In this document: positions 15,669 to 24,996 of the stretch, one piece after another
Layout of the letters: every line of letters starts with the position of its first letter
Numbering within the stretch: the stretch's first letter is position 1
IMG/VR virus record: IMGVR_UViG_3300046721_000236
Reading direction: 5' to 3' (one strand)
Source of the DNA: a virus
Length of the DNA: 44,053 nucleotides
The notes under the pieces: generated by a model
The model's database searches: none
Seen by the model: only the letters and a program-made list of their open reading frames with translations
What the model was told of the DNA's origin: nothing
Made by a program: the position numbers and the translations under genes

Positions 15669-16577
15669 TCAGTGCGTTTCCGGCTGGGTTCGCGTGGGGC
15701 CAAGGAGCTGGTTACTATCGGCCGCCCATTCCGGCTTAAATCGCTGCACCAGCAAGATTGAGACGCTGGGCTCCCGCACGTTGCGGGCCTGCGCTGATTG
15801 GGGCACTGGTTTGGGGTTCGGCCAGTCCAGCGGCTTGACCGGCTTAAAGATGGGCAGCGAGAGCAGGCCCAGATCATTGAGCGTATGGCTCCCCTGCTGC
15901 GATTTGGCGCCCTGCGGGTTCGGCCAGTCGTGCTGATGCTTCGCTTGGCCTTGGGGAGCCGGCAGAAACACATTGAAATTATAGGGATCGGTGACGAATG
16001 CCGATTTCAAAATGGCGGGATTGACCCAATCTCGCTGTTTAAATGGGTCTTGCACCATGATCACGACGGGAAACACGATCGGATTCCGAATCGGCGGCGT
16101 ATCCACCGTCGGCAATTGCGGCGCCTTCGGCCAGTCATATTGAATGAAGGCAGGACTCGTCTGATCCTGCATGTAATAAAACAGGTGCGTATCCGGCTTT
16201 AAGGGAAGTCTGGCGGGCGTGGGCCAGTCACGCAATTTAACGGGATCACCGATCGACAGCGGTGGGGGTAATAACAAGAGATTGCGAGGCACATCGTCCC
16301 GCATCAAGGCGCCCGGTGCGGACGGCACGGGCCAATCGCGTTGCTTACGTGGATCGTCCTTGGGTCCGATCTCTGGCCGATAATGATGCAGCCCAGATGG
16401 CCGCTGGCCCAATTGGGCGGGGGTCGGCCATTGATGATGAAAGTAAAAGGGTTGCTGCGCGGGGCCGGATGGAAATAAGAGAAGGTTCCAAGTCGGCGGC
16501 AACTGTGCGCTATTGGCGGCTGTCGTCGATAAGGCCGCAATCGCCGTGATGAGCGGCGCGCGGAAGATCGTCGCCAT
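15669..16577 (-). CDS. Trp/Pro-repeat protein (seven DWPxP-type repeats), small paralog
   Basis: QWPTPAQL, RDWPVPSAP, RDWPTPARL, YDWPKAPQL, RDWVNPAIL, HDWPNPQGA, LDWPNPKPV. C-terminus RFKPEWAADSNQLLGPTRTQPETH matches the end of ORF 21223..22917. Confidence 0.65.
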   Translation of the reverse strand: MATIFRAPLITAIAALSTTAANSAQLPPTWNLLLFPSGPAQQPFYFHHQWPTPAQLGQRPSGLHHYRPEIGPKDDPRKQRDWPVPSAPGALMRDDVPRNLLLLPPPLSIGDPVKLRDWPTPARLPLKPDTHLFYYMQDQTSPAFIQYDWPKAPQLPTVDTPPIRNPIVFPVVIMVQDPFKQRDWVNPAILKSAFVTDPYNFNVFLPAPQGQAKHQHDWPNPQGAKSQQGSHTLNDLGLLSLPIFKPVKPLDWPNPKPVPQSAQARNVREPSVSILLVQRFKPEWAADSNQLLGPTRTQPETH

Positions 16578-17765
16578 CTACATCACACTCGCCGCCCAGA
16601 GGTCATTAGGCGCGGGACCCACGACGAATTCATACGCGCCAATATCGAACGCCGAGCCTTGCGGCCGTGTCACGCCTAGAATGTCGGTCGTGTAGGCGTT
16701 CGTCGTGCCTGCATCAATCGCCGGACTGCCGACCGTCAATTGATAATTGTCGCTGGAGGGATTCACGAAGACCGGATTGACGCCCACGAGGTTCGTCACG
16801 TCCGAGGCGCCCGAGTCATTGACCACATTGACCGGCGTATTCAGATACACAATGTTATTTTCGAGCACGTGCCCAAACGTGCCAGATGTGGTATGGATTC
16901 CAAACATCGTATTATTCGTAATAGTGTTCTGATAGATGAGCACGGACCCCGTGCCACTCTCTGTATAAATGGCGGCATTGCTCCCCGCGTTGAGGCCGGT
17001 CAGGCGATAGACCACGTTGTTATAGACCTGTGCGCCCGTGCCTGCGCCGACATCAATACCCACGATGTAGTCACTTCCCGATCGCGTAATGTCATGCACG
17101 ACATTATTGCTGGCAATGTTGTTATTCGCGCCAAAGACACTGTAAAAGTAAATCCCTACACCGCTCGTGTCATAAACGTTGCAGTGATCGACCACGTTGT
17201 CGGAGGTGTTCAGGAAAAACGCCGCCGAATAATCGCCAGCATCGCCCCCGCCATGCACCGTCAAATTGAGATATTCGCAATGGCCCGTCAGACCGGCAAT
17301 TTCTGAGGTGCATTGAAACGTATTAAACGCCGCATTGCCTTCGTTGATCACGCCATTGATCGGGCCGACATATTCCCCGCCCGAGAAGCGGATATGATGC
17401 GGATTGCCGCCGGTCCACCCGCGCAGATAGATACACCCCTGCGTGATCCCCCGCGTGGCATCGACATTGATGCCGACGAATTGGATAAATTGCTGCGTCT
17501 GATCGAATTGAATCACGCAGGCGCCACTCGTGGGCGCCAGCCACACCGTCGCGCCCGTCGCCGCCTGGATCGTCGTGGGCGCCCCCCATGAACTGCCAGA
17601 TGGCACGTTGTTCAGGATGGCGTCGTTATAGGTGCCGGCGCCGATGATGAGCGTATCCCCGCCCGCGAGCACGGCGAGCCCGCCGGACACGGTTTGCTTC
17701 GCGAGGGCGGGCGACGTGCCACTATTCGCATCATTGCCCGTCGTCGCGACGTAGAAGGTCGCCAT
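16578..17765 (-). CDS. Right-handed parallel beta-helix (pectate-lyase fold) protein, probable tailspike/depolymerase
   Basis: Start set at ATG 17765 (TAATG overlap): MATFYVATTGNDANSGTSPALAKQTV..., repeated N-x-V/I rungs, and C-terminal ...YQLTVGSPAIDAGT...ILGVTRPQGSAFDIGAYEF. The track ORF 16578..17939 N-terminal extension is Arg/His-rich. Confidence 0.7.
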   Translation of the reverse strand: MATFYVATTGNDANSGTSPALAKQTVSGGLAVLAGGDTLIIGAGTYNDAILNNVPSGSSWGAPTTIQAATGATVWLAPTSGACVIQFDQTQQFIQFVGINVDATRGITQGCIYLRGWTGGNPHHIRFSGGEYVGPINGVINEGNAAFNTFQCTSEIAGLTGHCEYLNLTVHGGGDAGDYSAAFFLNTSDNVVDHCNVYDTSGVGIYFYSVFGANNNIASNNVVHDITRSGSDYIVGIDVGAGTGAQVYNNVVYRLTGLNAGSNAAIYTESGTGSVLIYQNTITNNTMFGIHTTSGTFGHVLENNIVYLNTPVNVVNDSGASDVTNLVGVNPVFVNPSSDNYQLTVGSPAIDAGTTNAYTTDILGVTRPQGSAFDIGAYEFVVGPAPNDLWAASVM

Positions 17766-20080
17766 TACATCACCGTGAAGGTCATGCCATTCGTCGGCGT
17801 GCCGTTGACCGTCACCGTGACGGCTCCGGTGGTTGCGCCCACAGGCACCGTCACTGTGATCGACGTGGTCGACCAGGCGGTCACGGTTGCCGCGGAGCCG
17901 TTGAAGCGCACGACGGAGGCATTTTGCCGGGCGCCCCAACTGCGTCCCGTGAGCGTGACCGTGGTGCCCACCGGGCCAGACGTCGTGCTGAGGCTTGTCA
18001 GTGTGGGCGGGCCTTGCAACGGATGCGGATACGTATAGGGCGTATAGCCAGGCATGGCCGTCGATGGACTCACAAAATAATCGCGATTGATCATCAGCCG
18101 CGCCGCGCTCGGCGCATCGTGCGGCACGACCGACAGTTGCGCGCCGTTCATAAGGTTATCCCAGAAATAGGCGGGTACGGAGAGTTGCGGGGGCGGCGAA
18201 TAGGGCGGCGGACTCCCATTGAATGGCGTGCCAAAATCTCCGCCGCGTCCGGGTTGATCAAGACAGGGCCATCCGGTGGCGTCTTGGTTGCCATCCCAGG
18301 GCGACGTCCCGTCACACCCCAGCCACGTCCCAGGCCCGAGGTTTTCGACGGCCCGCACAATAGCGAGCTGGCCATTCCCATCGCCAAACGTTCCGGTCCA
18401 TCGTGTGCCAAACATCACGCCAGTGCCGCCACGAATAGAAAACGGTTGCGCCACACTGAGCACTGATTGCGTGAGCGTATCGTTATAGATTTCCCACTTC
18501 CGACAGCCACGCGCCTGTCCGCGGGCCGGATGCATTTCTAGATACGTATCAACAACCGTGTTGTATCGGAACACGAACTTTCCGGCAAATTCGCAATCGA
18601 TCGCATTCTGAAATGATTCCATGTGAAAGTCATTGTCTTCCACATACACGGCATCATCGGTACCGAGGCCGAGTGCGTCTGACCACACCGTCGCCCCACC
18701 ATTTTCAGAGATATTGCCATCCGCGCCGAAACGGAAAACGAGGACGCGCATATCAATAAAGTGATTGTTATCGATAAGCCCTTTCAGTGGCGCGGACAAC
18801 TGATTGGCCCCTGAAGCATTCGTGTTCGTCGCATAGACGCCGGCCGTATAGACGCTGACGTTATGCTGATGACATTCAAATGTGTTGTGGTCGATCCGCA
18901 CGCCCGATCCACTGAACTTGACTTGCCCGCAGAGGAACCGAATCCCCGTGACGCGCGCCCCGACTGCGGCGTTGATATAGAGCGCAGTCTGCCCATTTGC
19001 CGCCGTCACGTCGATCGTTGTGGCCGTGCCGCCTGCGCCCTGCAATGTCACCGGCCATCCATCAGCGGTCGAGATCAATGGAGCACCGGCCGAGGCATGG
19101 GCGGGCCAGTCCGTGCAGGTGCCCGCCGGGATGATGACCGTCGCCGGCGATGTATGGCCCGCCGCATAGGCGAGGTTTTCCGCATTGACGACATCTTGCC
19201 AATTGCAACTGGCGGCGACAAATGTGCTTCCGCCAGTTGTCACCGTAAACGTAATCCCGTTACTCGTCACGCCCAGCACGAGAATCGTGACCAGCCCGGT
19301 CGTCGCGCCGGCTGGGACTGCCGTCGTTACGGAGGTATCAGACCATGCCGCATAGGACGTCGCCGGGACACCGTTAAAGAACACCAGACTGGAATTCTGC
19401 ACCGCGCCAAAATGCAACCCGGTGAGCGTCACGGGTGTGCCGATGGGGCCGGAGTTCAGATTTAGGCTGGTGAGCACAGGCGCCACGGTCACAGTAAACG
19501 TGAGGTTATTGGACGTCTGGCCGAGCACCACGACATGCACCGGCCCGGTCGTCGCGCCGACCGGCACCGTCGTCACAATCGATGTTGCGCTCCAACTGGT
19601 CGGCGTGGCCACGATGCCGTTAAAGGTGAGCACAGAGGTGCCCTGTGTCGCGCCGAAGTTTGTGCCGATTACCGTCAGCGGGGTGCCCACCGGGCCACTC
19701 GTGATCGTCAGGCTCGTGAGCGTGGGCGGCGGTGAAGGGATAACCGTAAATGGCAGACCGACTGTCGACACGCCGCCGCGCACGACCACGACCGGCCCTG
19801 TCGTCCCTGCCGGTGGCACGAGCGCCGTAATAGAGGTGTTCGACCAGGCGATCGTGACCGCCGGGGCGCCGCTAAACGTGACGAGGCTATTTTCCTGAGC
19901 CGGGCCGAAATTGTTGCCCGTGAGGACCACCGAACTGCCCACCAGACCGGAGGTCGGCGCAAGGGTGGTCAGCGCCGGTATTTCCGGGCGGATAATGACT
20001 TGCCCCGGAGTGGACGGCGCGGCCTGCGCCCCCGCCAAGGCCAGCAGCGCCAGCACCGCGGCGAGGCGCATGGGGGTCAA
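17765..20080 (-). CDS. Signal-peptide protein with four N-terminal and one C-terminal IPT/TIG domains flanking a beta-helix-like catalytic core
   Basis: MTPMRLAAVLALLALAGAQA-APS. Repeats of the type LTSLTITSGPVGTPLTVIGTNFGATQGTSVLTFNGIVATPTSWSATSIVTTVPVGATTGPVHVVV. Central ...IDNNHFIDMRV...VYVEDNDFHM...FRYNTVVD... rungs. Confidence 0.7.
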   Translation of the reverse strand: MTPMRLAAVLALLALAGAQAAPSTPGQVIIRPEIPALTTLAPTSGLVGSSVVLTGNNFGPAQENSLVTFSGAPAVTIAWSNTSITALVPPAGTTGPVVVVRGGVSTVGLPFTVIPSPPPTLTSLTITSGPVGTPLTVIGTNFGATQGTSVLTFNGIVATPTSWSATSIVTTVPVGATTGPVHVVVLGQTSNNLTFTVTVAPVLTSLNLNSGPIGTPVTLTGLHFGAVQNSSLVFFNGVPATSYAAWSDTSVTTAVPAGATTGLVTILVLGVTSNGITFTVTTGGSTFVAASCNWQDVVNAENLAYAAGHTSPATVIIPAGTCTDWPAHASAGAPLISTADGWPVTLQGAGGTATTIDVTAANGQTALYINAAVGARVTGIRFLCGQVKFSGSGVRIDHNTFECHQHNVSVYTAGVYATNTNASGANQLSAPLKGLIDNNHFIDMRVLVFRFGADGNISENGGATVWSDALGLGTDDAVYVEDNDFHMESFQNAIDCEFAGKFVFRYNTVVDTYLEMHPARGQARGCRKWEIYNDTLTQSVLSVAQPFSIRGGTGVMFGTRWTGTFGDGNGQLAIVRAVENLGPGTWLGCDGTSPWDGNQDATGWPCLDQPGRGGDFGTPFNGSPPPYSPPPQLSVPAYFWDNLMNGAQLSVVPHDAPSAARLMINRDYFVSPSTAMPGYTPYTYPHPLQGPPTLTSLSTTSGPVGTTVTLTGRSWGARQNASVVRFNGSAATVTAWSTTSITVTVPVGATTGAVTVTVNGTPTNGMTFTVM

Positions 20081-20586
20081 AACGGCTCGTAGAGGATGTG
20101 CGCTGACATGGCCCCGGAGGTGCCCGTGTCGTTCTTTGCCGAGAGCGACATCTCGCCCAAGCTGGCCGTATTCCCCAGCCCGACTGGCCGCGCCTGGGTG
20201 TTGCTGTAGTTCAGCCTGACAATGCCGCCGAAAGCGTTGTAGGACGGCGTCAGGAGATAGCCCTGCGTCAGCCGCTGCGGCCCGGTGCTGGCCGCCGTGA
20301 ACGTCACCACAACGGTAGCCAGTGTGCTGGCCGAGCCATCGAGCGGACGATCGGCAGCTGGTGCGGCGAGCGCCGTTGGCGTGACGGCAATCGTCGAGTG
20401 CAGCGCCAACACCATGTCATTGATGGACGAGGCAGACGCCTGCCCACCCATGTAGAGTTCTTCAATGGCCCAGCGCTGCGTGCCGCTGCCGCCCTTCATG
20501 GCCATATAGGTGGCGTTGGCCATCGTGCTGGTATCGGCCGTGTTCGTCGGCGTGAATGTGGTAAAGGTGAAGGTGCGCAGAGCCAT
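20077..20586 (-). CDS. Hypothetical 169-aa beta-rich protein, distant paralog of ORF 26271..26771
   Basis: MALRTFTF... versus MADRTYTI.... Similar length, and the same position directly after a Zn-ribbon gene. Confidence 0.5.
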   Translation of the reverse strand: MALRTFTFTTFTPTNTADTSTMANATYMAMKGGSGTQRWAIEELYMGGQASASSINDMVLALHSTIAVTPTALAAPAADRPLDGSASTLATVVVTFTAASTGPQRLTQGYLLTPSYNAFGGIVRLNYSNTQARPVGLGNTASLGEMSLSAKNDTGTSGAMSAHILYEPF

Positions 20587-20903
20587 TAGAGCGATCTCCT
20601 TTTATCAAGCACGAGGTCTAATTTGCCGTCGCCGCAGGCGTCGATCAGCTCCTGCACTGTGAAGCAGGCATTGGTGGCGTGGTAGGTCGCTTCGCAGGCG
20701 CGACAGATATAGCGGGCGCATTTCGGGCATCGGCCGAGCGGCACCGTGCGACTGGGGTTCAGGATGACGTTCCGCTGGCAGTGATTGCAGACATGCAAGG
20801 CGGATTCAAACGTGCGACCCTCTGGCACCTCCGGCGTGCCAGGGGAATTCCGATGGTCAATGAGAATGACGCCTTCGTAGGACCGTTGGGAATGGATGGG
20901 CAT
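20586..20903 (-). CDS. Cys-rich zinc-ribbon protein (105 aa)
   Basis: CNHC ... CPKCARYICRAC ... C...C cluster. 1-nt overlaps with both neighbouring genes. Confidence 0.55.
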   Translation of the reverse strand: MPIHSQRSYEGVILIDHRNSPGTPEVPEGRTFESALHVCNHCQRNVILNPSRTVPLGRCPKCARYICRACEATYHATNACFTVQELIDACGDGKLDLVLDKRRSL

Positions 20904-21199
20904 CAGGCGATCCGCTGCTTCGGCGGGATGATGACGTTCGGCACCGTCGCCACCTGCATCGTCACGGCAATGGCATTTGGGCCGGTAAACGTAAACGCCA
21001 CGAGGGTATAGTTCGTTTCGGCCGCCGTGGGGAAATAGTTATACAAGCCGTTGCCTTCCACCTGAATGGACCCGAGTCCCAGCGCCTGCGTGCCCCCGTC
21101 GCCCGTCACATAGACGGTTACGACGCCCGCGAAGGGGGAGCCGTTGCCGACGTCAAGCATTTCCGCGCCAATCACTTGACCGGCGACCCCTTTAACCAT
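20903..21199 (-). CDS. Stand-alone copy (98 aa) of the 95-aa N-terminal domain of ORF 14605..15642
   Basis: Start set at ATG 21199 (MVKGVAGQVIGAEM...). The track ORF extension to 21283 overlaps the upstream gene. Confidence 0.6.
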   Translation of the reverse strand: MVKGVAGQVIGAEMLDVGNGSPFAGVVTVYVTGDGGTQALGLGSIQVEGNGLYNYFPTAAETNYTLVAFTFTGPNAIAVTMQVATVPNVIIPPKQRIA

Positions 21200-21222
21200 G
21201 AAAGCGCGTGTAGTGTAACACC

Positions 21223-22917
21223 TTAGTGCGTCTCCGGCTGTGACTTCGACGGCCCGAGGAGCTGATTGCTGTTCGCCGCCCATTCGGGCTTGAAATGCAC
21301 AATGGCGCTGTCATTCCGGCGCGGCTTCACGGATTGCGCCGACCAGTTCGGTTGCCATTGCAGCATGATGGTGCTGAGATTCGCGCCACGCAGCGGCATG
21401 GCCGGCGCCGGGGCCGTGCCCGTCGGCAGCGTGGCGATCATCGTCGGCGCGTGTTGCGCCGGCCAGGCCTGCGCCCACTGGCTGACGAGGACGATCGTTT
21501 CCGTGACCGACAGGAATGATGATGGCGCCGGCGGCGTCCCTGGCGACGGCTGAATCACGGCAATCGGCCGCCGCTGCGCGGCCCACGCTGTCGGCCATGA
21601 ACCGACTATCTCCGAGATATCGGAGGCGCTGAGCGGGCCAATACTCGGCGGGGCGCCTTGGCCCTGCACCACGACCACGGGGCGGGCCTGCGCAGGCCAC
21701 GCCGTCGGCCATGCGTTGACCAGCTCCGATAGTTCGGCGGCGGTGGCTGGTCCTTGTGGCCCCGGTGAATTACCCGTCGAGGGCTGGACAACCACGATCG
21801 GCCGTGACTGCGCGGCCCATGACGTCGGCCACGTCCCAATAGTGAGGAACAGATTGATCTCGCCCATCGGCCCAATAGGCGTAGGTTGATTGACCGGCGG
21901 CGGCACGAACCATGCCGCGAGTTTAGGCGGACTCTGAGCCGGCCAATCCGTGAGCCATGACCGTTGAATGGCAAGATCGGTGACGCTGAGCGGGCCTTGG
22001 ATTGGCGGCGGATCGCCCGTCAACGGCTGCACGAGGGTCGTTAAACGCTGTGGCTGACTCCAGCCGATCGGCCACGCCTGCACAATCGCGCGATCAGTCG
22101 ATGTCAGTGGCCCGATGCTCGGCGCTGATGCAGTCGTTTGCACAACAGCGATGGGGCGCGATTGCGCCGACCATGTCTGTGGCCATGTCAGCCAGATCTG
22201 GGCAAGTTCAGATGCCGATAGCGGGCCTTGCGGAGACGGTTGATCCCCACTGGACGGCTGCACGAGTGAGATGAGTGCTTGCGGCTGCGCCCATCCGAGC
22301 GGCCATGAGCCCACCAGTGATTGCCGCACGGGAGGCGGCAGATCGCCCGTGCGGAACGTCGCAATGAGCGTGGGCGCATGCTGGGCGGGCCAATCCTGCG
22401 TCCAAGCTCGCTGGATCGCGATCTCCGTTGGCGTGGTCGGGCCAACGACCGGAGGCTGATCTGGATTATCTGGCGCAATCGTCCACGTCGTAACAACTTC
22501 AATATCGATCGCGTCATACCACGCCGACAGGAGGCTGCCCGGCAATCGAACAGCCGGCAAGAACGTCGATGCACCAGTCGGCGGGGGAATGACGGCGGCA
22601 TTTATGGGTGGCTTCTGCGCCGGCCACGTATCAGGTGCCCAATTTGTCGTTGCAAGTCGATAGGTCTGGCGCGGCGGCGGTTGCTGCCCATAGACGAGGG
22701 TCAGCGGCGCGATCTTGTTCTGCTGATTGTTCGGCGCTTGCAGGCGTGGTTCTAAGGATGTCGGCCATGCCGCCAACACGGCCACCATTGCCAATGTGGC
22801 CTGCACTTGACGCAGCGGGGGCTGATCGCCCGTTGAGGGCTGCGGCTCATGCGGAATCGGCGGCGCATAACTGGCCGATCCTTGTGAAGGCGGAGTCGGC
22901 GGATAGAAAAAGGCCAT
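21223..22917 (-). CDS. Trp/Pro-repeat protein (564 aa, about 10 repeats of about 40 aa), large paralog
   Basis: WxxxW(P/A/S)AQ motif at residues 172, 205, 245, 282, 321, 363, 403, 441, 481 and 521. C-terminus HFKPEWAANSNQLLGPSKSQPETH. Confidence 0.7.
   Translation of the reverse strand: MAFFYPPTPPSQGSASYAPPIPHEPQPSTGDQPPLRQVQATLAMVAVLAAWPTSLEPRLQAPNNQQNKIAPLTLVYGQQPPPRQTYRLATTNWAPDTWPAQKPPINAAVIPPPTGASTFLPAVRLPGSLLSAWYDAIDIEVVTTWTIAPDNPDQPPVVGPTTPTEIAIQRAWTQDWPAQHAPTLIATFRTGDLPPPVRQSLVGSWPLGWAQPQALISLVQPSSGDQPSPQGPLSASELAQIWLTWPQTWSAQSRPIAVVQTTASAPSIGPLTSTDRAIVQAWPIGWSQPQRLTTLVQPLTGDPPPIQGPLSVTDLAIQRSWLTDWPAQSPPKLAAWFVPPPVNQPTPIGPMGEINLFLTIGTWPTSWAAQSRPIVVVQPSTGNSPGPQGPATAAELSELVNAWPTAWPAQARPVVVVQGQGAPPSIGPLSASDISEIVGSWPTAWAAQRRPIAVIQPSPGTPPAPSSFLSVTETIVLVSQWAQAWPAQHAPTMIATLPTGTAPAPAMPLRGANLSTIMLQWQPNWSAQSVKPRRNDSAIVHFKPEWAANSNQLLGPSKSQPETH
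21328..22440 (-). repeat. In-frame tandem repeats of about 120 nt (about 40 aa) inside the Trp/Pro-repeat gene
   Basis: Unit consensus W-P-x-x-W-x-A-Q-x-R-P-I-x-V-V-Q-P-S-x-G-x-x-P-x-P-Q-G-P-L-S-x-x-E-L. Boundaries are approximate. Confidence 0.7.
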
Positions 22918-22918
22918 G

Positions 22919-23602
22919 CTATTGCGTCAGAATACCCACCATATACGTCTGATACGGCACAAAGACCGGCGGCGCCCCACTCGTCGGCCGCATGGCAAAG
23001 GAAAAGGACTCATACCAGAACAGGGCTGATGTGACGTTGACCGTCCCCGTCGCGCCAGCCGTGCTGATCGTTTTTGAGAACGCCACCCAGGCCGCCACGT
23101 TCCCCGTTTCACTCACATAGCCAGTCGGGGCGGTATACCCTTGGTTCTGGTGCTGGTTGTTCAGCGCGATGATATGCACCGCGCCATTGGTGACAGTGGT
23201 AATGGACGGAATCGCGAGCGGAGACGAGGGGTTAAAGCCGAAATCCGTCCATGCGCTGTCGTTGACATCAATCGGCGTAGTACCGTCAGTGCCAGACCAT
23301 TCCGACAGATAGATCGTGGTCGTGCTCGTGTTGGTCGTCCACGTCCACGTATAGGAGGTCGGCTCAGCGCCGCCAGCGACCTTGTAGGCCACGACAACGC
23401 TATATGAGCCCGGCGAGTAGTTCAGTTGCGGCAGCGCCGTCCAGCCGCTTGGATGAGTGATCGTATGCGGTTGGCTGTCCGTAAAAAACAGCGCCCAGAG
23501 CAGATTCCCACTCGTCGGCGTGGCGCCCAGCGTCCCGCTCGTAGCCGAGGTTAGGTTCTGGAACCCATCGCGGTAGACGTCCTGTACCTTGGCGATCGCC
23601 AT
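22919..23602 (-). CDS. Hypothetical beta-rich appendage protein (227 aa)
   Basis: ORF track. Thr/Ser/Gly-rich. Lies within the appendage cassette. Confidence 0.5.
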   Translation of the reverse strand: MAIAKVQDVYRDGFQNLTSATSGTLGATPTSGNLLWALFFTDSQPHTITHPSGWTALPQLNYSPGSYSVVVAYKVAGGAEPTSYTWTWTTNTSTTTIYLSEWSGTDGTTPIDVNDSAWTDFGFNPSSPLAIPSITTVTNGAVHIIALNNQHQNQGYTAPTGYVSETGNVAAWVAFSKTISTAGATGTVNVTSALFWYESFSFAMRPTSGAPPVFVPYQTYMVGILTQ

Positions 23603-24996
23603 TAGGGGGACAACAGGAGATCGATGTTTTGGACGAGCGGCGGATAGCCCATCGGGAGATTCACGCCGCTAAAGTCTACGGTATTCGTCCCGCTCGTCAA
23701 ATCGGCAAACGTAATCGGAATGGCGAGGCATAAATACCCGCCGCACCCGGCGTCGTTAATGAGCATCGAGACTTCGTCTGACGTCAAGAGACGTGTGCGA
23801 AATGTGCCGCCATTGAATTTGTATTTTAGCCCCCATGTCGTATCCGGGGTGGTCGCGACGGTCTGCACGAAGAGATTGAGCGTCAGCAGCGCCGACGACA
23901 TTCCAGAGAGATTCACAGTCCCCGTAAACGTCAGCGGGCTAATGAGCGCCGTTGGACTCCACACCCCCACGGCGCGGTTGGTCCCATCCGAAACCTCGTA
24001 GCCGAGATTGCGATAGGTATAGGGATAATCATTCTCCGTCGTATCCGTTGAGGTGCCACTGGTCGTATTGTCTGGAATCTCATAGGCTCGAGGCGCCGAC
24101 AACAGCGGGCCGTCAAAACTGACATTATCCCAATGATAGACATGGCTGGCGGACGCGGCAGCATATTTCACGGACGCATGATTCCGCGCGCCAAGATGCA
24201 CATACCCGCGCGTAAATGGTAAGGTCATGGGCGCCGAATAGATCAAACGAAAATTGCTGAATGTGAAACCGTCCGGCGAATAGTCCGACATGCGCACCTC
24301 GACCAGCGTCGTCGACAGGCGCACTTCGATCCTGTTCAGCTTGTCTTGTAATACGGTTGGCCGGCTCGTGCCTGTGACCGTGACGGTCGGACTCAGTACC
24401 GTTTTCGCGAAGGTCGTATAGACATGCGCCGTCCCGATCGTCGTATAGCCGGTCGCTGTATCAGACCATGAGAGCGCGAGCCCGTTTTTCGGCAATGGTC
24501 CCGTTTCATCATTATCGACAATGTGAAACGATGGACAGGGCACGGGTTCATCCGTAAAATCCATTTGGATATATGTCCACAGCGCATTGCCACAGACCGC
24601 ATCCACATCGAATCGAATCGACCCCGCACGGCCGGCAATATCGAACGGCTGCCGGATCATATAACTGTGATTCCCGTAGTTCTGGATCACAATACCTGAC
24701 ATGAGCGTCCCTGGATTCGTCGAGGTGCCATCGCAGATGAGGGAATCATCTGGCGGGTAGACGCTGGTCCCTCCGGCAAACGTCGCACGGCAGGCCGCTG
24801 GAATCGTTGCGGGTCGCGTCTTATTCACACGATCGGTGCTGATGCCATTCGCGGTCAGCCGGCCCACGCCCCAGATTGTCGGGTCCAGATCGCCGGCCCT
24901 CCCCCGCGTGGCCGAAGGTTGGCTGAATGTTTCGAGAAATGTAGGCACGAAGGGCACCGCGCCACGGCCGCGCGTCGTCCGCAGGTAATACAGCAT
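23602..24996 (-). CDS. Hypothetical 464-aa beta-rich protein next to the GH30 gene (possible carbohydrate-binding or hydrolase function)
   Basis: ORF track. 1-nt overlaps with both neighbours. No motif recognised. Confidence 0.5.
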   Translation of the reverse strand: MLYYLRTTRGRGAVPFVPTFLETFSQPSATRGRAGDLDPTIWGVGRLTANGISTDRVNKTRPATIPAACRATFAGGTSVYPPDDSLICDGTSTNPGTLMSGIVIQNYGNHSYMIRQPFDIAGRAGSIRFDVDAVCGNALWTYIQMDFTDEPVPCPSFHIVDNDETGPLPKNGLALSWSDTATGYTTIGTAHVYTTFAKTVLSPTVTVTGTSRPTVLQDKLNRIEVRLSTTLVEVRMSDYSPDGFTFSNFRLIYSAPMTLPFTRGYVHLGARNHASVKYAAASASHVYHWDNVSFDGPLLSAPRAYEIPDNTTSGTSTDTTENDYPYTYRNLGYEVSDGTNRAVGVWSPTALISPLTFTGTVNLSGMSSALLTLNLFVQTVATTPDTTWGLKYKFNGGTFRTRLLTSDEVSMLINDAGCGGYLCLAIPITFADLTSGTNTVDFSGVNLPMGYPPLVQNIDLLLSP

